64,000 nt of DNA from Candidatus Poribacteria bacterium (lineage in GTDB: Bacteria > Poribacteria > WGA-4E > WGA-3G). How positions within the stretch are numbered: the stretch's first letter is position 1; each line of letters opens with the position of its first letter. Positions 39,215 through 48,645 of this stretch are shown in pieces. The position numbers and the translations under genes are program-made. Below the pieces are notes generated by a model. The model was not told the DNA's origin. It did no database searches and saw only the letters and a program-made list of their open reading frames with translations. The stretch is taken from contig OZ251518.1 in the NCBI GenBank assembly GCA_965242965.1, forward strand, positions 4,800,001 through 4,864,000, given 5' to 3'.

Positions 39215-39900
39215 TGTAGGTCAGGATCGCCTGATCCTGACCCGTTTGTGATCAGGCGATCGCAAACTACAGATGTGGGGCGAATCGTTCGCGTGATCGG
39301 ACGATCGCGGGGGACAGGCCCCCGCGCTACGGTATCCAGAACGCTATCCCTTTACCGTAGGGCGAGGGCCTGTCCCTCGCCATCGTTCCGCGCGCCAGAC
39401 CCCCTCTTCTCTTCTCTGTAGTTCAAGAGCGCCTGCTCTTGAACCGTTCGGGAGCGCCTGCTCCCGAACTACAGAGGTGCGCGAATCGTCCGCGCGATCG
39501 AACGATCGCGGGGGACAGGCCCCCGCGCTACGGTTAAAAAAACGCTCTCGCGTTAACGAAAAAACGCCCGCGCGTTGCCGAACAAAAAACGCTCACATTA
39601 CCGTAGGGCGAGGGCCTGTCCCTCGCCATGCTGCGATCGCCAGACCCCCTCCCCTCTGTAGGTCAAGAGCACCTGCTCTTGACCCGTTCGGGAGCAGGCG
39701 CTCCCGAACTACAGAATGGGAACATCGAGACCGGGAGGTCTCTCCTACCAACAACGATCGCGAGGGACAGGCCCTCGCGCTACGGTGAAAATGACGTGTC
39801 TCCTTCTGTAGGTCAAGAGCGCCTGCTCTTGACCCGTTCGGGAGCAGGCGCTCCCGAACTACAGAATGGGAACATCGAGACCAGGAGGTCTCTCCTACAG
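39215..39900. repeat. GTAG-REP hairpin cluster
   Basis: Several REP families in paired orientation. Confidence 0.9.
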
Positions 39901-39903
39901 CAC

Positions 39904-39950
39904 AAAAAAAAGCGCGGGTGGCAAAAAACCCATAGGGCCGCCACCCGCGC
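39904..39950 (-). terminator. Intrinsic terminator of the large surface protein gene
   Basis: gcgcgggtggc...gccacccgcgc stem followed by T8 on the minus strand. Confidence 0.65.
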
Positions 39951-39974
39951 ATAAACATATAACCAAACGGAAAT

Positions 39975-42900
39975 TTAATCCCGCAGCTTAACTGCACCGA
40001 ACGTCGTTAACATCCGATTGGAAGCCGAAACCGGACCCGGCAAAAACCGCGTCACTAACGGCACAGGCCCGCCGTCAAACGAAACTTCCTCGATCTGATA
40101 GAAATACTCGACACCCGGCTTTGCCGACGTATCTGTAAAGGTATACGCCTGACGTTCGCCTGTAGTGCCAGCACCGGCGATCAGCGCAGGATTCAATAAC
40201 TTAAATCCACTATCGCGCTTCTCACTCCGACGCAGGTTAAAGCCAGCGTTGTCGACCTCGGACTCTGTTGTCCAAGTCAACACAACCGAACCTGACTCCT
40301 CGCGCTTCACCGAGAAACTCGATAACTCAACGGGCAGCGGACCGCCGGCGCGATATCCCGGGGTGCCGATGTCCTCAGCATGTCCCCAGTGGAGCTCCTT
40401 GTTAGCCACGAAACGCTTGACGTTCGATGCCAACACCCAACCCCCGCGCGCCATGCCATCTTCCGCAACCGACGTGCCTTTCGTATAACGACGGATTAAC
40501 GAACTCCGAACGCCATCTTCCGGACTCACCGGTAATGCCCACGACGGCGCATCATCGGTGCGACGATTCCCATCCGTATTGCCGACCTCGTCTATCTTCG
40601 TCCCATTCCGATCCGAGAGCTTCAGATAGAAACCGACAGCACTCAGGAACGTATCCTGCGGCTTCTTGATACGCAGATTCTTATCGTGCAGCTTGAAGAG
40701 GTTGTAAACCCGATCCGCCGGTAACCGCGCCGACGATGACGCACGCGCATCACCCGATACAATCAGCAACGTCTGATTCGGCTGAATGATTTTCTCACCC
40801 AACGTCAACGTCACAATCGGTCTGCCGACGAGATCCTCCGATTTCACATTCTGGAGCTCCAATCTCCACCGATTCAGATTGATTGCCTCGGTTTTGGATT
40901 TGTTATACAACTCCACCCACTGCGGCAGTTTGCCACCACCCGAATCAAACATGACCTCGCTGATGGTGATACTCCCCTGCGGCGTGGATGCCTCCGTTTT
41001 CAACGCACCATTCGGATAGCCCGGCGTGCCAGCAGTCGCCGCGGACTTCGAGACAGCTCTGTCATAGCCGATACCCGTAAACGCCGCCTCCGCCCAAGCA
41101 TCCTTGTGGTAACCCACAATATCCGCTTTGGCGCGCTGCCAGACTTTGCCGGAACCAAGCGCATCTTCCGTATCGCCACCCGGTGCCTCACGCACTTGCA
41201 AGGGCCAGACATGCGTATCATAGTTCCCCGTCTGATCACGAATAAACGCATCCGTGCCACTGCCACCGCCACCGGCGACATCCACGAACGCCTCATTCAT
41301 GCCGAGTTTCTCCTTCGATTTCCGAAGAATCAACAGGAACTTCCCATCATCCGGCAACGAAAGCCCGGAATTGGCGTAATACAGATGCGATGAACCCTTG
41401 CTCTCCACCGCCGAGGTAGCGGCGTTATCACCACCGGCGAGAAGATTGCCATCTGCCGTCGGATCGCTGTTGGTTATTAGCAACAAACCATTCGCCGGGA
41501 CACTGACATCCGTAAACACGATCAGCGACGTATCCTTCTTCTCACCATTCTGCACGACGCTGAGCTCCCAGTCTTTCAAAGAGACTGCCGAACCCGTAAC
41601 ATTGCGGAACTCCAACCAGTCGTTGGAATCACCACTGCCATTGCCGAGCTCGTTGAAAACGACCGGCGAACGCGGCACACCCGAAGCATCCGCTTTTGTT
41701 TCCTCTTCTTCTGTCGGCGGCAAATACACGATACCTTGAATCTGAACGCTACGTTTTAGCGCAGTTGGCCGCGCGAACGCAGTCGTCAAGGAGACGCGCT
41801 TATTATCACCGACTGTAATCTGCGGAGAACCCGCAGCCGGCTGAGACGGCGCAGCAGTGGAAGCAGGAGGTGCCTCACCCGCCGCACGAGCCGGCGGATC
41901 ACTCCCTACAATACGGACAGACTCACTCACAAAGGTGGTGCCCTTCGGAATCGCAACACCCTCTTCGGATTTTAACGATACCTCCGAAGCAAAGTCAACC
42001 GCACCGACTTCATACTCAAACGTCACTCTCGTCGAATTCACGTCTTCCTCACGCGCCCACACGGCATGCCGCTCATTCGCCGGAACACGCTCGCCCAAGT
42101 AAATCGTAATATACGGCTTCGCTGTCCCCTCGTAAGTCACACCATCTTCCTCGAAGACAATCGAGAATTCCAAGGAATTGTTAGCACTGCCGAAGACAAC
42201 CGGCTCCGTTTCCGGCACACTCTCACCCGGACGATTCACCGGCACGGTGAGAGACAGCGTGGAACCTGCCGAAGCAACCGGGTTGCCCGGGATCGCCGCA
42301 TCTGTCAAACCTGCCGGATCTAGCGTTAAGGTGACATCACCACTCGCGCCCGCGGCTACGGTGACAGGCAGCGTCCACGTCTCCGATTCATAAGCCGTCG
42401 GCTCACCCGGACGCGTTGCGGTGCCGATAGTGACACCCGCGACATCCTCTTCTACGGAAATTTTGCTAGGCAGTGCGGCGGCACTCGCTTCACTCAACGG
42501 GCCGCTAAAGGTAATTTCCACGTTGAAATCACCGGTTACTGTCCCCGCCCCACCGGCACGGCGCATTTGCACCGTTCGCGGTGTCTGAGCAATAGGTGCC
42601 TCCAATCGCTGAGGCGGATGCAGAGGCTGATACGCCAAATTACCGTCCGCCTCGCGTAAGAAGTGTTGAAAGCTCAGACTTCTAATAGCGTAGGGCTCCG
42701 CGTCCCCAGGATTCTTAAGAGTTGCCCCTGGCCTGACTCCCCCGTGCTCTACTTGTTGAATCCCAGCCTCGCGCAACTTGTCTCTCGATTTTGAACCAGG
42801 CACCCAAACAAAGGACTGCTGTGGGAAGATATTGTTATCTACAGGCCGCCAGTGAAGCATTGCGCTTGAATCCTCGTCATAAGGAAGTCTTACGACACCC

Positions 42901-45032
42901 TCCAAGGCTTCCCTCGTAAAACGTTGGTTATCCCCAGGCGGAGAGATACTCAGCCTTACTTCATTAAGAGTCACTTCACCATCCCTGTCATCCGGTTGGA
43001 TAGGATAAGCGAACTCCACTGTTGTAGAATCCTCTGCCGCGTCATAAACCGCAGAAAGCCATTCTGCTTTGAGTTCTACGCTACGTAGTTCTCCGTCGTA
43101 AGTCACGAAGTCGTCGAAAACCACGAAGAGCTCCGGCTTTTTTAAATGCGATGTCGCGCTGTGAAACTCTGGCCCGGTAATCTCGCCATGGAATATTACC
43201 TGAAAAATAATATTCGACCCGGCACCATACGCGAAGGGTTCCGCCGCAAATCCATAAGACTTCACGATAACCGTATCGGTGAACCATGGGTGCTGGATTC
43301 GATCCGCCAACGTCCGAAGGACATCGAAATCCTCAGCGACGAATTCCCGATTGGTTAATTCCCATGGATTCCCGAATCCATTTCCATCGGGGTCCTTTAC
43401 AAAGAGCTGCTCTTTCTGCGGATGGAGAGTCAGCCACTTTAAATTCGTCAACCCTTCAAGGGGGCTAAGATCTGCAACACGGTTTTCGCGAAGATCTAGC
43501 CGCTCTAGCGCAGTCAATCCCGCAAGCGACGAGATATCCACATATTGACAATTGTGGAGATTTAACCACTTTAACTCCTTCAAATTTCCCAAGAAGCTAG
43601 GGGCCGCGGAAAGATCGTAGTCAAAAGAATAATGACCTTGGATACTCAACGATTTCAATTTCGTCAATCGCCCAATAATCTCATAGGGTTTCGCACCAAC
43701 AGTGTCAATGTCAATAGCATCATAGACTAACACCTCTAAGTTCGGGCAGTAGGTGTCCAGTCCAGTTAAATTCATGTAGTCGTAGCTACTGATATCCAGC
43801 GCGTAGACCTGCTTCAAAAGCTCTTCTGTCAAAGGCTCAGTCCGGACGAGATTCAGATAATAATTTCTGACGGTTGAGGAGGGTTCTCCAGCAAACCGGT
43901 TTGGAGAACCATCTATGTTAGCAGGACTCTCTCCTGACGCAGGACCAAAGAAGTCACGGAGATCTACAAATACTTCTGGAGTTGCCCCCCTTTGGCGGAA
44001 TTCTTCCACGGCCCTTATGATATCCCTATTGTTCAGGAGGAATGGGGTAAGAGCAGCTTTCAACACGCCTCTGAGATCGGAATCCGGGATGGCGGCAATT
44101 TTCCCTAGACTAGAGTAGAGGGTAACGCCTTCCGCCATGAGGACCTTAGCGACGACATCGTAAAATCCAGGATAATAGGATAAGATCTCACCAACATTGG
44201 TCACACCCGGATATAGTTCCCGAAATATCTGTGTCATAGGCCGCCTGTTCTCGAACGACTCACGATCGGGGAAATATCCCGTGAGCAGAGCATCCAGTTC
44301 CGACACGGTGGCCTGAACTCTGGCACCAAAATTATTGGCACCTAACAGCACCACATCTCCACTCCCCACCCCGCTGTTTCGCAAGAGCGGCGAGAAGTCC
44401 GAGATTTTGTTGTTGTTGATTGCCAAAATTTCCAGTGCCGTCATACTTTCCACGGCATTGATGTTGACGATTCCGTTGTGCGCGACGTTTAACACTCTCA
44501 GATTGGTGAAACCTGTCGCTAAAGGGTTCAATTTAGCGTTGGCATCAGAGGGACCCTCGAAATAGTCGTCGTCAGTATTAGGCGTATTATCATTCCCATT
44601 ATTTCTATTCAAGGTCTCCTCAAGCGAATTGTTCACCAAAATCAGCACTTCCAGTGTTGTTAAACCTGACAACGCAGAGATGTTAGTAATCTTGTTGTTG
44701 CCCAGGTCCAAGTGTTCCAGTGCCCCTGCGGCCCCTAGGCCGGCAAGATTTTCGATTTTTGCAGTATCGGCTTTCCCGTAACCGTTCGCATCAAGCCGGG
44801 TGAGTTGTGATAAATGCCCCGAGTCAATGCCAGCCGTTAGCACTCTATTGCTTACGCCTCCGACGTTTTCCGCATTAAGTGCAGCATTAATTGCCTGATG
44901 GAGGTTAGTATCGGTGAAGGTCAGCTGCGCAGCAACCTGCGGTGTGCTTACCCACATCACAACTCCGAGTATCAGGCAGCACAAGGCGGCGTTGATAATA
45001 AAGTTTTTATGAAGGTTCATTGCTTTCCTCAT
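39975..45032 (-). CDS. Large secreted protein: internalin-like LRRs, Ig-like region, two lamin-tail domains, PLPVELSSF module
   Basis: Signal peptide; LxxLxLxxNxIxDxxxL repeats; VVFNEL..DWLEFRN, ITISEVM..QWVELYN; PLPVELSSF..WTTESEVDNAGF. Confidence 0.85.
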   Translation of the reverse strand: MRKAMNLHKNFIINAALCCLILGVVMWVSTPQVAAQLTFTDTNLHQAINAALNAENVGGVSNRVLTAGIDSGHLSQLTRLDANGYGKADTAKIENLAGLGAAGALEHLDLGNNKITNISALSGLTTLEVLILVNNSLEETLNRNNGNDNTPNTDDDYFEGPSDANAKLNPLATGFTNLRVLNVAHNGIVNINAVESMTALEILAINNNKISDFSPLLRNSGVGSGDVVLLGANNFGARVQATVSELDALLTGYFPDRESFENRRPMTQIFRELYPGVTNVGEILSYYPGFYDVVAKVLMAEGVTLYSSLGKIAAIPDSDLRGVLKAALTPFLLNNRDIIRAVEEFRQRGATPEVFVDLRDFFGPASGESPANIDGSPNRFAGEPSSTVRNYYLNLVRTEPLTEELLKQVYALDISSYDYMNLTGLDTYCPNLEVLVYDAIDIDTVGAKPYEIIGRLTKLKSLSIQGHYSFDYDLSAAPSFLGNLKELKWLNLHNCQYVDISSLAGLTALERLDLRENRVADLSPLEGLTNLKWLTLHPQKEQLFVKDPDGNGFGNPWELTNREFVAEDFDVLRTLADRIQHPWFTDTVIVKSYGFAAEPFAYGAGSNIIFQVIFHGEITGPEFHSATSHLKKPELFVVFDDFVTYDGELRSVELKAEWLSAVYDAAEDSTTVEFAYPIQPDDRDGEVTLNEVRLSISPPGDNQRFTREALEGVVRLPYDEDSSAMLHWRPVDNNIFPQQSFVWVPGSKSRDKLREAGIQQVEHGGVRPGATLKNPGDAEPYAIRSLSFQHFLREADGNLAYQPLHPPQRLEAPIAQTPRTVQMRRAGGAGTVTGDFNVEITFSGPLSEASAAALPSKISVEEDVAGVTIGTATRPGEPTAYESETWTLPVTVAAGASGDVTLTLDPAGLTDAAIPGNPVASAGSTLSLTVPVNRPGESVPETEPVVFGSANNSLEFSIVFEEDGVTYEGTAKPYITIYLGERVPANERHAVWAREEDVNSTRVTFEYEVGAVDFASEVSLKSEEGVAIPKGTTFVSESVRIVGSDPPARAAGEAPPASTAAPSQPAAGSPQITVGDNKRVSLTTAFARPTALKRSVQIQGIVYLPPTEEEETKADASGVPRSPVVFNELGNGSGDSNDWLEFRNVTGSAVSLKDWELSVVQNGEKKDTSLIVFTDVSVPANGLLLITNSDPTADGNLLAGGDNAATSAVESKGSSHLYYANSGLSLPDDGKFLLILRKSKEKLGMNEAFVDVAGGGGSGTDAFIRDQTGNYDTHVWPLQVREAPGGDTEDALGSGKVWQRAKADIVGYHKDAWAEAAFTGIGYDRAVSKSAATAGTPGYPNGALKTEASTPQGSITISEVMFDSGGGKLPQWVELYNKSKTEAINLNRWRLELQNVKSEDLVGRPIVTLTLGEKIIQPNQTLLIVSGDARASSSARLPADRVYNLFKLHDKNLRIKKPQDTFLSAVGFYLKLSDRNGTKIDEVGNTDGNRRTDDAPSWALPVSPEDGVRSSLIRRYTKGTSVAEDGMARGGWVLASNVKRFVANKELHWGHAEDIGTPGYRAGGPLPVELSSFSVKREESGSVVLTWTTESEVDNAGFNLRRSEKRDSGFKLLNPALIAGAGTTGERQAYTFTDTSAKPGVEYFYQIEEVSFDGGPVPLVTRFLPGPVSASNRMLTTFGAVKLRD

Positions 45033-45359
45033 TTAAACGAGTTTCGCGCTCTCTTGTGAGTTTCCTCTTGGCATTGAGAGCGGTTTGAATTGAAGCGCGC
45101 TGTTTTTCGCGCGATACGTGCCGCTGCCACGTTGGCAAGCGGATTTCTACAATATACTCAATTATACCACAAATTGCATGCATTTGTCAAATTAAAAATG
45201 CGTTGAATTGTGATATAGTGTCTATTTTATCAAATTTCAGCAATTTTTGTCAAGTTTTTTTTGATTTTTTTGTTAATTTGTCAAATTTTTTGGTTTTTGG
45301 GGGTGGTTGTTTTTAGGTTTTGCGTTTTTGCGCGTTATGGTGGAAAATGGCGCGGGTTA

Positions 45360-45850
45360 CCGTAGGGCTTGGGCCCTCGCATGCCACACGCGCATGCGAG
45401 AGGGTTTCCCTCGCCGTCGTTCAGGCACCCTAGACCCTCTCTCTTCTCCCTTCTGTAGGTCAAGAGCGCCTGCTCTTGACCCGTTCGGGAGCAGGCGCTC
45501 CCGAACTACAGATGGTGGGGGGAATCGTCCGCGTAATTTGAGGATCGCGGGGGACAGGCCCCCGCGCTACGGTGGAAAAACGGGTCTGGTGCGCGGAACG
45601 CTCGCGGGGGACAGGCCCCCGCGCTACGGTAAAAAAACGGGTCTGGTGCGCGGAACGCTCGCGGGGGACAGGCCCCCGCGCTACGGTTATCCGGGCCGTC
45701 TTCGCGTTAACGAATAAAAAACGCCACCCTTACCGTAGGGCGAGGGCCTGTCCCTCGCCATCGTTCATGCCCCAGATCCCTCCCCTCTTCTCTGTAGGTC
45801 AGGATCGCCTGATCCTGACCCGTTTGTGATCAGGCGATCACAAACTACAG
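45360..45850. repeat. GTAG-REP hairpin cluster
   Basis: Includes ~57-bp tandem duplicates of cgcgggggacaggcccccgcgctacgg. Confidence 0.9.
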
Positions 45851-46378
45851 AACCTCGCTATCTAATGTATTTTTCATACGTTCATTTTCAGCGCGCAAGG
45901 CATCAATCTCGGATTGCTTTTCCGCTAACTCCTCTTGCTGTGCGCCGAGTTTTTCGTCGCCTTCCTTGCGTTTATCCCATTGCTGTTTGAGGAGTGCGAG
46001 GAGCATCGTCAGGAGGCCTGTTACCAAGGCGACTAGCAAGAATTGCACGAAGGAGAGCTGCCGAGTGATGCCGCGGATTTCTGCCGAGGTCTTCTCTTCC
46101 GATGCCGTGACCGTGAGGTTAATGTATTCCTTGAGGTCCGCTTCGGTCTTGATGAGTCTCGTTGTCAACGCTGCGATGTCGGTTTTCATGACAGCGATGT
46201 CGGTTTTCATGACGGCAATATCCGCCTTCACGGTGACGAGTTCCTCATTTATTTTGTCCACTTTGGCTGTCAGTCGTGCGAACCCGGTGAGCAGGGTTTG
46301 CGCCTCTTCCCGGGTTAGTTGTCCAAACGCTGGAGATGCAATCAGCATCCCGATGAGTAAACATAAAATCCATTTCAT
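45845..46378 (-). CDS. Signal peptide-coiled coil-TM-coiled coil protein, paralog 1
   Basis: MKWIL..., TDIAVMK heptads, hydrophobic FLLVALVTGLLTMLLALL; GGAGG SD. Confidence 0.8.
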   Translation of the reverse strand: MKWILCLLIGMLIASPAFGQLTREEAQTLLTGFARLTAKVDKINEELVTVKADIAVMKTDIAVMKTDIAALTTRLIKTEADLKEYINLTVTASEEKTSAEIRGITRQLSFVQFLLVALVTGLLTMLLALLKQQWDKRKEGDEKLGAQQEELAEKQSEIDALRAENERMKNTLDSEVL

Positions 46379-46400
46379 TTTGATTTCCTCCGTTGTTGTG

Positions 46401-46466
46401 ACATCGTCAAAAGTGACGATGTCTTGGTTATGATTTATTTTAACAGAAGTGTAGGTTTTTTGTCAA
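46401..46466 (-). promoter_or_regulatory. Promoter plus 5'UTR inverted repeat, conserved upstream of all three paralogs
   Basis: TTGACA-18-TAAAAT and acatcgtca-aaag-tgacgatgt; repeated at ~47328-47390 and ~48281-48344. Confidence 0.65.
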
Positions 46467-46751
46467 GGTTATTTTGGTTTCGGAAAAAATAACGCCCGGG
46501 TTACCGTAGGGCGAGGGCCTGTCCCTCGCCATCGTTCATGCACCCTAGACCCTCCCCTCTTCTCTGTAGGTCAGGATCGCCTGATCCTGACCCGTTTGTG
46601 ATCAGGCGATCACAAACTACAGAGGGGGGGGAATCGTTCGCGCAATCCAACGCTCGCGGGGGACAGGCCCCCGCGCTACGGTTATCCGGGCCGTCTCCCT
46701 TTACCGTAGGGCGAGGGCCTGTCCCTCGCCATCGTTCATGCACCAGACCCG

Positions 46752-47303
46752 CTATCCGTGTTCGCGCTCGACCTCATTTTCAAGTCTGCCGCCACTGGGC
46801 GAGACAAGGCCTGATGTATTTTTGATGCGATCAACTTCAGCGCGCAAGGCATCAATTTCGGATTGCTTTTCCGCTAACTCTTTTTGCTGCTCCGTTAACT
46901 CCTCTTGCTGTGCGCCGAGTTTTTCGTCGCCTTCCTTCCGTTTATCCCATTGCTGTTTGAGCAGCGCGAGCAGCACCGTCAAGAGCCCTGTTACCAAGGC
47001 GACTAGCAAGAGTTGCACGAAGGAGAGCTGCCGAGTGACACCGCGGATTTCTGCCGAGGTCTTCTCTTCCGATGCCGTGATGTCATTTTTCATGACGGCG
47101 ATGTCGGTTTTCATGACGGCGATGTCGGCTTTCATGACGGCGATGTCAGTTTTCACCGTGACGAGTTCCTCATTTATTTTGTCCACTTTGGCTGTCAGTT
47201 GTGCGAACCCGGTGAGCAGGGTTTGCGCCTCGTCCCGGGTTAGTTGTCCAACCGCTGGAGATGCAATCAGCATCCCGATGAGTAACCCTAAAATCCATTT
47301 CAT
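46752..47303 (-). CDS. Signal peptide-coiled coil-TM-coiled coil protein, paralog 2
   Basis: Near-identical to neighbours; AGGAGG SD. Confidence 0.8.
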   Translation of the reverse strand: MKWILGLLIGMLIASPAVGQLTRDEAQTLLTGFAQLTAKVDKINEELVTVKTDIAVMKADIAVMKTDIAVMKNDITASEEKTSAEIRGVTRQLSFVQLLLVALVTGLLTVLLALLKQQWDKRKEGDEKLGAQQEELTEQQKELAEKQSEIDALRAEVDRIKNTSGLVSPSGGRLENEVEREHG

Positions 47304-47700
47304 TTTGAATGTCCTCCTTTGTTGTGGCATCGTCAAAAGACGATGTCTTGGTTATGATTTATTTTAACAGAAGTATAGGTTTTTTGTCAAGGTTATTTTG
47401 GTTTCGGAAAAAATAACGCCCGCGCGTTAACGAACAAAAAACGCCCGGGTTACCGTAGGGCGAGGGCCTGTCCCTCGCCATCGTTCATGCACCCTAGACC
47501 CTCTCTCTCTCTCTGTAGGTCAGGATCGCCTGATCCTGACCCGTTTGTGATCAGGCGATCACAAACTACAGAGGGGGGGAATCGTTCGCGCAATCCAACG
47601 CTCGCGGGGGACAGGCCCCCGCGCTACGGTTGTCCGGGCCGTCTCTCCTCCATCGTAGGGCGAGGGCCTGTCCCTCGCCATCGTTCATGCACCAGATCCG

Positions 47701-48258
47701 CTATCCGTGTTCGCGCTCGCCCTCATTTTCAAGCCTGCCGCCACTGGGCGTGACAAGGCCTGATGTATTTTTGATGCGTTCAACTTCGGCGCGCAAGGCA
47801 TCAATTTCGGATTGCTTTTCCGCTAACGCTTTTTGCTGTGCGCCGAGTTTTTCGTCGCCTTCCTTTCGTTTATCCCATTGCTGTTTGAGGAGTGCGAGGA
47901 GCATCGTCAAGAGCCCTGTTACCAAGGCGACTAGCAAGAATTGCACGAAAGAGAGTTGTCGAGTGATGCCGCGGATTTCTGCCGAGGTCTTCTCTTCCGA
48001 TGCCGTGACTCTGGAGTCAACGTATTCCTTGAGTTCGGTTTTGGTGTCGCGGAGTTCCGTTTTCAACACCGCGATGTCGTTTTTCATGACAGCGATGTCG
48101 GTTTCCACCGTGGCGAGTTTTTCATTTATTTTGTCCAGTTTGGCGAGGATGCGCGCGTCGGATGCTGCGGCAATCTGTTCGACCTCTGCGCGTGTCACTT
48201 GCGCCATTGCGGGGGATGCAATCAGCATCCCGATGAGTAACCCTAAAATCCATTTCAT
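47701..48258 (-). CDS. Signal peptide-coiled coil-TM-coiled coil protein, paralog 3
   Basis: Same C-terminal half, different N-terminal coil; AGGAG SD. Confidence 0.8.
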   Translation of the reverse strand: MKWILGLLIGMLIASPAMAQVTRAEVEQIAAASDARILAKLDKINEKLATVETDIAVMKNDIAVLKTELRDTKTELKEYVDSRVTASEEKTSAEIRGITRQLSFVQFLLVALVTGLLTMLLALLKQQWDKRKEGDEKLGAQQKALAEKQSEIDALRAEVERIKNTSGLVTPSGGRLENEGEREHG

Positions 48259-48582
48259 TTGAATGTTCTCCTTTGTTGTGACATCGCCAAAAGACGATGT
48301 GTTGGTTATGATTTATTTTAACAGAAGTGTAGTTTTTTTGTCAAGAGGTTTTTTTGTGCCGACGACGATCGCGAGGGACAGGCCCTCGCGCTACGGTGAA
48401 AAAAACGTCTCCCGCGTTGACAAAAAACGCCCGCGTTCACGAACAAAAAACGCCTCCCCTTACCGTAGGGCGAGGGACAGGCCCTCGCCATGCTGCGATC
48501 GCCGCGGAGACATCGCGATAAAAATCAAGACCGGGAGGGCTCTCCTACGAGAACGGTGATGAAGAGAATCAGTTTTTTCACT

Positions 48583-48611
48583 TTGACTTTCTGTGCAATG
48601 TTTGCTATAAT
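48583..48611 (+). promoter_or_regulatory. Sigma70-like promoter
   Basis: TTGACT-17-TATAAT. Confidence 0.65.
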
Positions 48612-48645
48612 TTCAACCACAAGAAACTAGGAGGAGGCGTGTCAA

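Noticed and set aside
45240-45330. T-rich tract upstream of the large surface protein gene
   Set aside because: Consistent with ordinary AT-rich promoter-upstream DNA; no defined structure found.
45966-48262. Long plus-strand ORFs over the triplicated genes
   Set aside because: Antisense shadows; the minus-strand ORFs have SD, promoter and signal peptides.
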